Origin: Epiperipatus broadwayi | Taxonomy: Eukaryota; Animalia; Onychophora | Assembly: GCA_028023455.1 (NCBI GenBank) | Contig: JAQFVV010000010.1 | Span: 7,812,001 to 7,876,000 of the forward strand | Reading direction: 5' to 3' | DNA length: 64,000 bases | Part shown: one piece after another, positions 14,901 to 28,323 of the stretch | How positions within the stretch are numbered: position 1 is the stretch's first letter | Layout of the letters: every line of letters starts with the position of its first letter | Position numbers and translations under genes: made by a program | Notes under the pieces: generated by a model | What the model was told of the DNA's origin: nothing | The model's database searches: none | Seen by the model: only the letters and a program-made list of their open reading frames with translations

Positions 14901-17899
14901 TTTTTAAAAATATGCTTTTAATGTTAGCCGATACAAATGATTGGTGTTAAAAGGATATACATGAAAGTGGAACTTATTTTAATACACTTGTTACTTATAA
15001 ATATTTCAATTTAAATTAAAATCACAATCTCGCATTTTTCTATCAGCAAAACAATAAATAGAAGCAAATTCTTAAAAGATGCTCTGTACAAAAATCTGTT
15101 CAATTTCAAAGAAGTCATATAAGGTTGGTTAAGGTTACTGTAAATATTTTTTTATTTGATTCTTTTGTTGAAAGAATATTGCAAATGAGGCAGTAAATTA
15201 GGTTATGATTTCTACTCTTCCTAATGTACATTTTATATATGAATTGATTTTCTATTCAGAAGTCTTATGGATTTTTTTAAATTAGGCATTGATAACCTAT
15301 GGGCTGCATGCGTCCCATTATGATACTGTATGTCACACTTAAGCTGTGATTATAACAGCACAATTTTCTATTAATTTTTGTTTTTTTTATTCATTCAAGC
15401 TTTCTCCAAAATTCACGACTTCATTTTATTTTTTGTTACTTATATAAAATATTCATTGTTTTTTTTTTTTTTAAAAAAAAAAAGATCTAAATATGATATT
15501 TGTGAAATTGGATTGCAAGTCGAACATTTGAGCTTTAGAACTTTGATTTAATGCAGAAACTTTTAACTCATAATTCTGTCACTCTAATACAGGTTACCAA
15601 TGACTCATTAAAAATGCGTTTTTTAAAAAGTTTTATTGATATATTTCTATAGAGTTAATTCCATATACACGTAACACTTTCTTGCTGATATAATTCAGTG
15701 CAAAGGATTTTATGTAATTCAAAAACTATATTATCTCTATTATTTCTAAAACATGTTGTCTTTTTAAAATTCATTTTTTATATACTGATATCATTTTTTA
15801 GCATGATCTAATTCAATGACAATAACTATTCAAGTCAATAAGAATCAGCTGTTTGTTTTTTTTTTGTTGTCCTGAATTTACCAAATCTCATATATATATA
15901 TGGAAAGTGAAAGCAAACATTTTGAAAATAAATTTTAAAATATTACTGTATTTTAATTTTTTTTTAAATATTACTGCATTTTAAAATTTATTTTCATCAA
16001 CTGTTCCCCCCATCAAATTGAAACTTCTTTTTAAAGAAAAATCTATTTTAATAATTAATATAATAGATTTTAATATAATTGCTTTATTATTTTATTTATA
16101 TGCAAGAAAAAACTTAACTATGTTTAACAATATAATTATATTATCATTCTAACTAAAGGTTTACTTCTTTACCTTTAAAAATTACACAGTGCAACACTTT
16201 CACAATTTCAAAAGTCATCGATTTTCTAGATCCATTTTTTGTTTTTTTCACTTGGTTTATAATTTCTTTGTTTTCTATCCATTGCTTTCAGTATTTTATT
16301 TTTAAATAATTTTTTTGCTTATAAAATATTTAAAATAATAATAATAGTAGTAAATGTTATTTTTTCTATATTCATAGTAATGATGTAGAAATCATTTCTT
16401 TATAATGTAGTTTAGATTAGTGTTAGTTTTGAATACTTTAGGATTTTTCGAATTATTGTAAGAATTTTAGTAGTTACCAACCTTATTATTAGAGAGCTTC
16501 CTTTGATGTTTTCTGCTCTTCTTTTTTATTCTTCTCATCCCAAAATTTGAAAATGAAAAACAAATTATAGCAAAACTAATTTGCTGTTGTTATCTTTGTG
16601 AATTATAAAAATGAAATATTAACTCATTTTAAAAAAAAATTCTAACATCTTATTTATTCTTCATTATTATTTGTGCCATAAAGATTCTATTCCATATTTT
16701 TTTTTAAAAAAACAACTGCATTATACTTGAAAATATTTCATTGCTAAAAACTGACCATAAGCACCATAAAAAGGAAATAGCTGTGATTAAAAATATTCTG
16801 TTTGCAAAAAGAAATTTTTTTTTCCTGAAACAGCACTTCATTAAATCAAATAGGATCAATGATTAAATTAGAAAATGCTTTTTTTAATTTAATATCCAGA
16901 TATCATTTTTTATGGTGAAGAAATTTGATGAATTTCTTCTACAAATCAAGTGCACACCAACCATAAAGAGATTTGTATAAATATGTATTTTGTTAGTCGC
17001 TGAATATCCATATTATTATAAGAGTTAAGGAATATGTAAGTGCTTTCAAAAGACAATTCCTTCTGCCTTTTCATTTTTTTAAATGCAAGTCAAATCCTTA
17101 ACATTGACAGAACTAAAATATCAAAATTTGGAAAATATAGTTTACATGCAATGATAGAATTCATGGAAATTTGAAGAAGACCAGGATAGTTTAAACACAA
17201 GTGAGGAAACGTGTCTTATTTAGTTTTTCCCCCATTCAGCAATATTTTATAATGTTTGCCAAAAATCAGTAGATGTATTGTATTTTTAATTTCCCTCATC
17301 TATAATTGATCATAAGTAAGTATTGAAAAAAAAAAAAGAAGAAGAATGATGCGTATAATACAATCTTTGTTTTTCAAGAACAGTTATGTGAGAGTCATGT
17401 GTTAGTGTTGCTATCACTCCTTTGACTTAAGATGAAGAAGATGAATGGGAATTTTTAAATTTTTTATTTATTTCTGTGGAGACAATGAAAAATCAGAAAA
17501 CGATGTCATTTTAGGTCAAAGGCTCTATGGGCAGAGTTTATGAGGTTTTGTTTTGCTCTCTGGTTAAACATAGTTAAACAACATTTTTTCATCATTAATT
17601 GGATGTTTAACTGGACCATATATGTAAAATAAATTCCAATAAATTTTTTTATCTTATAATAAATAAATCTGTACTTTTCACCTAGGTTTGAATTTCAAGT
17701 TATGAGCATGACTGATGGATAGATTAAGCACTAAATTATGAGTCTATGGACATAGGATACTGTATATATATATATATATATAGGCAGTTTTGGAAAGAAG
17801 TAGAAAAAAATATCAAAAGCATTTATCTGTCAAGAAAGACAATTCTTTCTATTCATTGTTATAACACATACTAGTAACTTCTTTTTTTCTAAAAATGTA

Positions 17900-18900
17900 T
17901 TTTTCTCTTTCTTTTACTCTCAAATTCTAAGTATATGACTGATTCAAATTTTTTCTGCTTCATGATTTCCTCAATAAATATCTTGATTTACAGTTTGAAT
18001 AACTGTTCAATTAAAATGGCACTTCAAATGGATCACAACATTATTTTGTCTTTATTAAAGGCCTATTTAGGCATTGTATTTCTCATTCCTATATCTTATA
18101 TCAGTTTTCTATTATCTATCAAATACTTCTTTCTAAATTTTATAAGTATTAATTTGCTCTAATCTTTTTGTAACTATCACACTTAATCTTTTATCATTTT
18201 CACTTATACATAAACATTGGTTTAGATTTGGAGGCATTGATTTTTAATCCAAACTTTTTACAAATGTCATTCCTCTTTAACATTTTATTAATGTAATTTT
18301 TTATATTTGCAAACATTATCAATACCATCTGCAATAATTGAAATAGAAACTTTTGTATTCAAATGCTAATTCTATCAAATTATCTAATTTACATTTAGTA
18401 ATAAATTGATTTAAACAAAGATAGGGAAATATGTCCTGCTCATATCTGTCTGTTTTATAAGAAGACTTAAATTCTATAAATATTTTTACATTATAAATTA
18501 TGTTTTATTATTAAATTGTTCAATAAAATAACCTGATTCATTCTCAGAAGATATCTTTATGATTTCAAATTATTCTTTAAACTTGAACCATTTGTCTAGG
18601 TATATAGACTATTCAGAAGACAGTAGAATCAAAGTGTCAAATATCTCGTTTTAGCTATCTTCTTATTTTTTGATATAAACACTACCATTTATTATCATTT
18701 GTTACTACCATTATTTGTTCTAACATACAAATACAGAATTTTAATTTGCAGAAATTTCTATTGTATTTAAAGCTAGGTCTGCATTATTAGCTTTCCTAGA
18801 TAAAAATTTTATGGCCTTTTTCTCCTTAGAAACATTTTAAGAAAAAAAGAAAATAAAAATTATTGTAATTATTATTTCATAATGCAAATACACTTTATAC
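17900..18900 (-). mobile_element. Decayed LINE reverse-transcriptase fragment (RTE-like)
   Basis: Minus-strand remnants of QG..(S)P.LFN, an ADD-like segment and KFGLKINASKSK.M; many stops and frameshifts. Boundaries approximate. Confidence 0.5.
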
Positions 18901-19640
18901 TCTAATTAAATTCCAACTTCACTAATATTTTTGAAGAAATCTAAAAATTTAACTTAATGTCAAAATGAATTCTTATTTATTTGAATATTTTATTTTATTT
19001 AAAAATAAATAATAGTATTTTTTTAAATAAATCTTATTTACAAAAGTAATTCCAGAAAAATATGCTCTATAAAATTTCACTGAAATAAATGATGGCTTGC
19101 CTTAGTAATCTGACATTTTATATATATAAAGATAGAATATAGTTTATTGCATCCAACTGATAAATAAAATAGAAAGTCATATAACATTAAAATACTAACT
19201 AAAAAACAAAATTTTGATAGACTATTTATTTAATTATTAACCTAGCGATTATTTGGCTCCTAAAGTGTTTTTTCATCTTAGATCTCAAAGATAAATTTCC
19301 TTTAAAGTGTATTTTTGATTTTATAGGGAGGATTGTTGATAAAATTTCAAAATGTCTTGCAAAATTTTTTTAAAAATTAAGTCAGTTTTGTGTCTCTTCT
19401 TTTGAGACATTTAATAAAATAAAGGTAATTATTAATTTGGTGGCTTAGATATTTTAATATGTTTCTTTATTAGGGAAATAGGAATTTTCTGCAGATAAGA
19501 TTTAAAGTTATTCATGATTTGTTATTATTATTAGAAGATTCAATGTATTTCATATATAATAATGTGTTTTATAAGATTAAAGATGGATTATTAGTTATTT
19601 TTGCTTAGATGTGTTCTGTCTATATTGATTTTTTAGAGAC

Positions 19641-19691
19641 AAAGGCAAAACTCTCCATACAGTATAGAGATGGTGATCATGTGATGTTTAA
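19641..19691 (+). mobile_element. Collapsed copy of the HHR-palindrome family (5' end fused to 3' tail)
   Basis: AAAGGCAAAACTCTCCATACAGTA joined to TAGAGATGGTGATCATGTGAT as in 61801-62109. 15-bp TSD TGATTTTTTAGAGAC at 19626-19640 and 19692-19706. Confidence 0.8.
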
Positions 19692-20337
19692 TGATTTTTT
19701 AGAGACTAGCGTTATTAATCATATTTCTGTTTTTTTAAAATGGGTAAATCTGTTCCTTCTTATAAATTTTGTATAGGTGTAAAGTAAATTAAATCTTAAT
19801 GAAAGAGTCAAAATTCATAAGAGTAGAGTTAAAAATAGATATAACTCAGCTTTGTATATTCATCAACCGAATACAAGTCATAAAATATTATTTGGCAATG
19901 CAGAGGTTATCTTTTATGAAAAAACAAAACAACAAATTTAAAAATAGAGTCAAAGAAACTGATGATAAATTTTCTTGAATCTGAGGCTATCAATTTCATG
20001 AAGACATCCTTTGATATTAAAGATGATTGTTTTTTGAAGTGTTATGGAAAAGCTATTTATGTTCTATATATATATATTGTTTGTGGATAATTGAATTTCA
20101 CTTGAGAAGTTGTTAGATGAAATCATGATTATAAAAGAATTTTAGTAAAATTTTGTTGAATAGTAAATTATTGATTTATTATAAAATATGTTAATGAGGT
20201 TTAAGGGCTTGAATTCTCTTACTGATCCAAATAATGTGCCTCCTAAAAATTTGTTTGCCGGGTCTCTCATAAGTATACGTAGTATATATAATGGTCAAAT
20301 ATCCAATATAAACAATTATTTGTCCACAATGTTGTTA

Positions 20338-20570
20338 TAGATATATACTTAATATAATAATTAATCTAAATAAAATTGAAACAAATAACCAATTATATTT
20401 ACAACTGTTTATTTATCAACCCAGTTTTCATCTTTTATTGAGACCGTTTCAAGATATCTTGAGAAGATCTCAATAAGAGAGAACGCCGGGTTGATAATTA
20501 AATAATTGTAAATATAATTAGTTGTTTGTTTCAATTTTATTTAGATTGATTATTATATTAAATATATCTA
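20338..20570. repeat. Loopless imperfect palindrome, ~115-bp arms
   Basis: Centre TCAAGATATCTTGA (20449-20462); arms match, e.g. ATCTAAATAAAATTGAAACAAA vs TTTGTTTCAATTTTATTTAGAT. Confidence 0.85.
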
Positions 20571-21154
20571 GCTTTGGTCATGTTACTTGACCATTCAATG
20601 TGAACAGTTTGAATTTTCATTAGAAGTCAAGATAACATAAATGTCTTATGACAATATAGCCAACATTCTCTAAGAAGTTTGGATATCCTTTTTGAACTTG
20701 ACTTTTATAGTACTGGATTTATTGTAATGATTAAGATTATCCATCTTCTAGTAATCATAATAATTGCTTTGGAGGGCATGTGATATTTAAGCACCTGTGT
20801 CATGTTGAGCATAAAATTTTCATTCAACTAACCAAACAGTTTTTTTATACTTTCTGAGAATTGTTCCATGAAACCTTTTGTTCTGAATTTGCCACTTTAC
20901 ACTATGCTAAACTAATGCAATATTTTTCAAATTTTACTTGACTTGGCTAATAGGCATTAATAGGTGCATGTAATAACATGAAGAATTAATTATTTTTAAT
21001 CATAATCTATTTTTACTTCTTTTATATGTAAATGATTAAATAATTAAACTACAGATGAATGCAGATTTTTTTTAAGAGTATCTTTTTTTTTTTTTAATGT
21101 GTTTAAGAAAGTGATTGACTTTAAGTGATTTTTAAATATATTTATATATTATGA

Positions 21155-21317
21155 ATCATCATCATCAACCATTATCAATCCACTGCAGGATGAAGTCTCT
21201 CCAAGTTCAATCCATCTCCGATCTTTAGCTTCTCTTCTCCACATCACCCCTGCACACTTTCTTATTTCATCGATCCATCCATCTCACATGTGGTCTCTTT
21301 CTGGGTCTTTTACAATC
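21155..21317 (-). mobile_element. 5'-truncated RTE LINE 3' end, same family as 27052-28209
   Basis: Reverse complement closely matches about 28047-28209, including the (GAT)n tail. Confidence 0.9.
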
Positions 21318-22075
21318 TATATTATAAATACATTTAAATACTCATTATTTAAATGTAATATAGTAATAAAATTGTGAGTTATAGAAATATAAGGCTTATA
21401 GGATCAGTTGCAGGGAAATCCCCTTGTCATTGCACTAAACCAAATGAACTTTACTAACCATTCACGAAAAAATCTCATTCTGATTTTTGTTAGTGATGCT
21501 GGTGTTTACCTAGCTGATGAAAGGAATTTGCTTGAAATCACTTCTGTGAGCCTTATATTGTCTTAATTAATAATTCACTTTAGCTAATGTATAACATTTA
21601 ATGTTGTAGTTAAATAATGAGTTATTATAGAGTGCTTAAATGCACCCATTTATAATAAATTATAGCTTTGAATGTATAAATTACATTATTGGTTAATATA
21701 TATATATTTAATACATACATGCAAAAGCTTGCCAAGTCCAAAGTTCTGTGTTAATAAATTAAGCACTTTTTAATGGTAGTGTGTACAAACTTTATTTTTG
21801 AAATTCTAGATTGAATTTTTTTTGTATTAAAAATTTGATTTACAGTATTAGATTACTTGTTAAAACTGGAATATATTGGCAGGAAGGAAAAAAAAGTTGA
21901 ATTTGTTTCTTTTTCTTTTTTTTAAAGCTTTTTTCAGTGGAAAAAAATAGAATACACAGAACTAATTTCTAATATTTCTTTCTAATTTTTATATGTAAAA
22001 GAAGGTGAAGTGGGTAAAATATCCTTAATTGAGTTTAAACTTGAGTAACAGGAAAAGAAAAATATTTAAAAGTTG

Positions 22076-22181
22076 TTTTTTTTTATGGGTCATAGCATCA
22101 GCCGGACGCGAACCCGCAACCTGGGCAACTGCCTGCAAGTGCAAGGCAGCCGTGCTGACCTCTCGACCACCAATGCAAGAC
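22076..22181 (-). mobile_element. tRNA-Gly-derived SINE, subfamily A
   Basis: Minus: GCATTGGTGGTCGAGAGG (A box)...GGTTCGCGTCC (B box)...GATGCTATGAC + poly(A). Near-identical to 54564-54670; short imperfect TSD AAAAGTT. Confidence 0.85.
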
Positions 22182-22930
22182 AAAAGTTTTTGTTTTGGAA
22201 TAGTGATAAGGAAAAAAGTAAAAACTAATTATTATAGAGAAAAAATAAAAATAACTGAGAATACAATATAACAGATTATTCAATATGTTTGATGCAAACA
22301 CTAAAGAATGAAGTAGATAAGTAAAATATATTCAATATAAAGGAAGGATTTAATTATCTGAAGAAAAGAAGAAATTGAGTGGAAAAAAGTTTTGGGCAGG
22401 AAATTTATGATAATTTTTAAATTGCATATTTGCTAAAAAAATAATTATAAATAATAACTTTAGGAGGCAGTGTCAAAAAAATCATCATTTTCAAAATGCT
22501 GTACTAAAAGTCACTAGCTTTAACTTCAAATTGAATTCAAATAATGGTAACTAACTTTCTATTATGGTGATTGTAGAATTAGATTTCCTGGATGCAGATC
22601 TATTTTCAGGTGTGACAATATCTACATATTGTCAGTGATTTTATAATGTATTGTACTTTTTCAGTTACAACTGTATGCAATAACTAAGAAAAAATATGAT
22701 CATAAACATATATAATAATAAGCAGCCAATTATAATTGAATATGGCCATTCCAACTCAAAAAAAAAGACCTCTTGAAATGAGTTTTACAATGACTATATA
22801 AATCAATTTGTAAACCACAAATATATTCATGGTTTATTTTTTGCTTACTTGATATTGTATAGTCTTGTCTTAATTTCTTCATTCATTTATTTGGTTCATA
22901 TATTAAGGATATAAACTGCTAACACATATT

Positions 22931-23476
22931 GTTTTCTGGAAGGTTTGTGATGATGGTATGCTAGTTATATTTTTATATTGGACCATTTCCATCATCTAAT
23001 ATGTGTATTGAATATTTTTAGAAAATATTAACTTTATTTAGATATTCCAAATACATTCAACTGTTAGTAATAGAACATCAAACAGGTTACTTATATGCAC
23101 AATGTTCTGAGAGGTATTATTCTCCCCTCTTCCTCAGGTAGTGCTGGCCTGACTAGTGACATTACTGGCATGGGATTCGAACCTGGTCCCTTAGATTCTT
23201 GAGTATTGAATTTTAAGGTAATGCTTTCCCTTAAATTTCAATACTCAAGAATATAAGGGTTCAGGTTCGAATCTCATGCTAGTACTGTCACTGGTCAGGC
23301 CAGCAACACCTGAAGAAAAGGGGAGAATAATACCTTTCAAAACAATGTGGATATACTAACCTGTTTGATATGCTATTACTAACAGTTGAATGTATTTGGA
23401 ATATTTAAATAAAGTTAAATTTTTCTAAGAACATTCAATACACATATTAGATGATGGAAATAGTCCAATATAAAAA
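22931..23476. mobile_element. Penelope-like composite: short 5' tag + inverted and direct copies of a ~250-bp tRNA-like/HHR-remnant unit
   Basis: About 22970-23218 is the reverse complement of about 23229-23476; both match about 55435-55677. B boxes GGTTCGAATC; HHR remnants CTGAGGA (minus 23137-23131) and CTGAAGA (23310-23316). 14-bp TSD TGCTAACA(C/T)ATATT at 22917-22930 and 23477-23490. Confidence 0.75.
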
Positions 23477-23519
23477 TGCTAACATATATTTAATTTTTCT
23501 ATTGTCTTTGAAATAATAC

Positions 23520-25220
23520 TTATATTGGAGATGGGATCTACCTCTCCTATTAATCCACGTGCAAGTTCCCATAAAACATCCTTTTAAGAAGTCTTTAATT
23601 GTTAAATCATTTTACATGTCCAATCCAATAGAGGTATGATTTTACAATAGTGGATATATTGCATCTAGTAATTGAAGACAATATTGATTGGTTTTACATA
23701 GCATCATTAAATGAAATTTTTCTAATGCCTTTGAATTATGCCAATACGGTATATAAGTTTCATTTCTATACAATAAATTAGGTAGAGTATAAGCTTTATG
23801 TATAGGTAACTTTATTTCCCTTTGTTGAAATAACCTCTTTTAACTTGTTAAAAACAGTAGCAACACATAGGAGTTTGTAATGTATCTCACCATCTTTGTC
23901 CACTTTTCTACTTACAAAATTACTAAGGTATTTTAACTGGTTTACATTCTCAAGTTGATAACATTCCAAACTAAAAATTGCTAAGAATTGTTCTTCCATC
24001 ACTGATTGCGGAAGAACTTGGTTTTTTTTAACATTAATGAATGTACTAAAGTCTTTATATGTGGCATTCAAAACACTAAGAACATTTTGTAAGTAATTTT
24101 TTGAACTAGCAAAAATAGAACCATCAGTGTACTGTAAATTCAGAACCCAAAAAGTTCTTGTTTTCACTTTTAATCATTTCACGAGAAAGCTCCACCATCA
24201 AATACATATCATGAACCCTATTTGATTAAGCCATCTGTAAACAGTTCCAAAGATCATTTGTCGTAAAAATTGAAATTAATGTTAGAACGATACATACCAT
24301 TGTTTAACACCAATTTTTATTTATAATGCTCTAGATTTTCCACTTGTATTAATAACACTTCCATTTATTTTATCAAGTAGAAGTTATATAATATGAATAC
24401 ATTTTGCTGGGCAAACAACTAATTTCAAAGAATCCATAACTAAATCAAATGTCTTGACCAAATCATTAAAAGCAATATATAAATCTTTTTTTTTTGTTCA
24501 GGACATTATTTCTTGCATTTGTCTGGCAACAGAAACCATGTCTACAGTGCTTCTTGAGTCTCTGCTAACGATTTATTTATAATTGGAAACAACTTATTTA
24601 ACAAAATTCTTGTTACCTTTGCTGAAATGGATAAGAATGATTTCCCATGATAATTATTGCAATCTTGTCTATTTCCCTTGTTAAAAAAATTAGAATTAAA
24701 GCATCTTCAAGATCGGGTGGTACAACTTCATGAATCCATACATTCCTAAAAAATATCCAATATTTACGAGATTAACATATCATCACCATATTTTAAGACT
24801 ATTTCATCAGGACCTGTAGCCTTTACATTTTTAAGAGTACAATAGCTAAGCTTTATTTCTTTGTCCAAATATAAAATAGGTAAAATGGATATATCGTTAA
24901 AAGAGGTCAATTCAATTCTTATATCATTGTTCAAAAAGTGATTAAAATACTACTTCTTTCTGTTTAAAATACTGTTATCATGAAAAAAACTGTTGTCATT
25001 GCTGGATTTAATAGGATTGTAATATTTCCCAGATACATATGTTCCTTATGCATCAAAAAATATCTAAAATGATCATGATCAGTTAATATGTATGTCCATC
25101 AATCTTTTTAAAGTCTTCTTGATAGTTGTTGAACTTTTTTGATCTTCATAATTTTTATGAAGTTCCATATTTAATCTACTTTTCTGTTTCTGCCAAGCAG
25201 AAAATGCCGTATTTTCTCTT
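23520..25220 (-). mobile_element. Decayed RTE LINE (RT and C-terminal region), second family
   Basis: ORF 23796-24167 has LQYTDG (YADD-like), INVKK.QVL and LENV.Q.KYL. Flanks encode NY.G.S.LS, LYIAF.DL.K.FD, (G)CPAK, WIGHV and MFYGELARG remnants. Confidence 0.8.
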
Positions 25221-25720
25221 TTTAATTAAATCAAAAATAATATATTTTTCAGAAAACCAGTAATTATTTGTCTTTTTAATTATTCATGTATATATTGTAT
25301 TTATGTTGAAATACTTTTTTCTCTTACAACATTGTCTATAGAAAACGTGGAGGATTGAAAGCCTGATTAATGAAATCCATAGCTTTAATATCATGAAACA
25401 ATTTAATTCATTAGAAAAATATTAATACTCAGTGAGTGTAGTGGCAAAAAGAAGGTAATCAGTAGGAGATGGAAATCAAACTAGATGGAAGAGCATTCTG
25501 GACAAATGCTATTCATATGCCAGGATTTGATATCTAGGCAGTGATATCTAATAGTAATGATATTATTAATGAATTTAATTTTTATAAAAACAATGTTTGA
25601 CATTTTATTTGCCTAATACCTATAAGTTTACAAATTCCATATCTAGAAGGTTAAAAAAAAAGCTTTTTAATTATCTGGGTTTGAGGTTTTTCCCATTCTT
25701 GTTTTCTCTTCTTAGAATAG

Positions 25721-25780
25721 CTATATATCCTCTTTGATAATTAGCTGGGTGGTTATGGGATTGCTACTTGGAATTGGAAC
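25721..25780 (-). CDS. Candidate terminal exon VPIPSSNPITTQLIIKEDI*
   Basis: Acceptor TTTTTCAG|GTT at 25780; only phase 0 gives a substantial open frame, matching the upstream 72-nt exon. TAG at 25723-25721; AATAAA on minus at 25609-25604. Confidence 0.55.
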   Translation of the reverse strand, partial: VPIPSSNPITTQLIIKEDI

Positions 25781-26338
25781 CTGAAAAATTTTTTTTAAGT
25801 TTTACCTAACCTTGATTGTAAGCATGGTAGGTGAATGTACTAACATAATGTAATACAGGAAAATTGTACTTTATGTAAGTATTTTTATTACTCTGAGAGA
25901 ATTTTATTTTGGACCTAGTTTTTAAATTTTTATGAAAGGTTTCAATTTTGAAATATATTTGTAATTCTTATAATTTGCTTGCAGTCTCTCAGCAGATCTT
26001 TTAATATTTACAGGTAATGATTTGGCATATAATTACGTGTTGGCCAATTACCATCATTTATTTAAATTGATAAATAATTTTAGATACGGTGAAACTATTT
26101 ATACTATTCTAAATTCATTCCGCTGTTGATAATAACACACAGGTTAGTATAAAATTTAATTTTAAATTGTAATTTTTTTAATTCTAAACTGATAACAGAT
26201 TCCTTGTTGAAAAAATATTCCAAAATCTACAGCTAAAAAAAAAATATGAACTCTGCATCAGCAGGTGTATGGAATGCTATTCACTGATTGTGATTTTTAT
26301 TTACAATCTGCACATAGATGTTTATGTAATTGACTCAC

Positions 26339-26410
26339 ATTGCCTGGGACTTCTTCAATATTTAGATACCCATTTGCCAACCAATATGGAATATGATTTG
26401 GACTGGCCAT
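26339..26410 (-). CDS. Internal 72-nt exon MASPNHIPYWLANGYLNIEEVPGN
   Basis: TTTTTCAG| acceptor and |GTGAGT donor; open in phase 0-0; splices in frame to 25780. Confidence 0.65.
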
Positions 26411-27051
26411 CTGAAAAATTTTTGAGCTGCTTGAAAAAATCTTCAAATTTCATTTAAAGTTTGAATTACAGGACATGGGAATGGCAGTTAATGTATTGTG
26501 AGTCTCAAAAGGATACCATGTGTTTAATAAGAAAAGCAAATTATTTTTAATTTTTTTATACTTGTAATCTTTTTGACAGAATAATTTTAATAATAATAAA
26601 AAAAACTAATTTGGGTATAATATTTAAAAAAAAACCAGCGGCTTATTTTTTCTTCATTCTGGATATTTTATTCTCTGTGAATTATTTATGTCGCTTTCTT
26701 TCTTTGGATTTGTGAAAAAGATCAGTAAAATGGTTGAAAATTTATTTATTATTTGCTGTTTTAATTCCATTTCCAATTTTTTTCTCTTTTTTTTTTCTAA
26801 TTTTTTATTTTTAGGTTTTTTTCTCCATCCTTGTTTTTTTTTTTTTTTTGTTCTTGGAATTAGAATGTTCATATTCATTTGTTAGAGCCTTTTAACAACA
26901 ATAGTCATTTAATAGATTCTTTATATCTTTTTGAAGGCAGGCATAAGTATCTAGGCAATATGCTACTGATAGTGACATAATTTGAAGTGTCTCTGTAAAT
27001 AAGCATTAAGAAAACATTATTTTTCATATAGTTATTAAAGGATTGTGTTAT

Positions 27052-28209
27052 CAAAATTTATTATAAAGAGACTGGGAACAAGCTGGATTTAAAAGTGGTT
27101 TTAGTACAGTAGATCACATCCAGGTATTGAGGGAAGTTATAGAAAGGAAAAATGAATATAAGTTGCCATTATGCTTTGGATTTGTAGATTATGAAAAGGC
27201 ATTTGATTCCATAAACATTTCTTCAGTGATTAAAGCATTGGTTCATATTTTAAATAATATTTATAAAAATGCAACATCAACAATTAGATTACATAATGAT
27301 ACTGGGAAAGTCAACATTGAGAAGGGTGAAAGACAGGGTGATTCCATATCTCCAAAACTTTTTACAGCAGTGCTGCAAGAAGTATTTTGTGGATTAAAAT
27401 GGGAAGCTAAAAGAGAGAAAGTAAATGGAGATTATTTAAATCATTTAGATTTTGCAGATGATGTAGTTGTTTTTGCAAATAATACTTTAGAACTGCAGGA
27501 AATGTTGCAGGAGTTATCAGATGAAAGTAGGACTAAAGAAATGTTAAAAAGACTAAAGTAATGTTTAATGGATTTTCTCAAAATATGAAAATAAAGATTG
27601 ATTATGATGAGTTAGAAGTTAACAGTTACAAATACTTTAGTCAGATTATTAATACAGATGGAAACATAATGGATGAAATTAATCATAGAATTAAACTTAA
27701 TTGGAGTGCTTTTGGTAGAAATAACTTGATACTAAAAGGAAATATGCCTATGTGTTTGAAAAGGAAGGTTTTAATAAATGTGTTTTACCAGTTCTTACTT
27801 ATGGATCTGAGACTTGGACACTTAATAGAAGAGCAATACTGAGACTTCAGACCACCCAAAGAAGTATGGAGAGATGCATGTTGAGAGTAACAAGAAGAGA
27901 TCGAAAATGCAATATATGGGTAAGAGAACAAACAGGTGTTAAATAACCTCATTGAAAAAATTAAAAGACTGAAGTGGAGTTGTGCTGGACATATTGCTAG
28001 AAGAGATAATAAATGGACAATTGAGATCTTAAACTGGATTCCAAGAGATTGTAAAAGACCCAGAAAGAGACCACATATAAGATGGATGGATGAAATAAGA
28101 AAGTATGTGGGGGTGATGTGGAGAAGAGAAGCTAAAGATCGGAGAAGATGGATTGAACTTGGAGAGACCTTCATCCTGCAGTGGATTGATAATGGTTGAT
28201 GATGGTGAT
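27052..28209 (+). mobile_element. 5'-truncated RTE LINE (RT domain to 3' tail), frameshifted pseudogene
   Basis: QAGFKSGFSTVDHI, FVDYEKAFDSI, RQGDSISPKLF, FADDVV, LTYGSETWTL, W.CAGHIARR, RPHIRWMD across ORFs 27127-28199; ends in a (GAT)n-like tail. Confidence 0.95.
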
Positions 28210-28237
28210 ACAAAAAAATGGAATATATATATAAATG

Positions 28238-28323
28238 TGAAAAGCTGAAACCTTTGTCAGATGCACCTTAAAAATGTGTATAAGCATTTTTAAGGTGCAT
28301 TTGACAAAGGTTTTAGCCTTTCA
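28238..28323. repeat. Short near-perfect hairpin, ~39-bp stem, 8-nt loop
   Basis: TGAAAAGCTGAAACCTTTGTCAGATGCACCTTAAAAATG-tgtataag-CATTTTTAAGGTGCATTTGACAAAGGTTTTAGCCTTTCA; three arm differences. Confidence 0.85.

Noticed and set aside
26654-26885. Overlapping Lys-rich and Phe-rich ORFs
   Set aside because: Artefact of poly(T) low-complexity intron sequence.
27785-28213. 142-aa minus-strand ORF
   Set aside because: Antisense shadow of the RTE 3' region.
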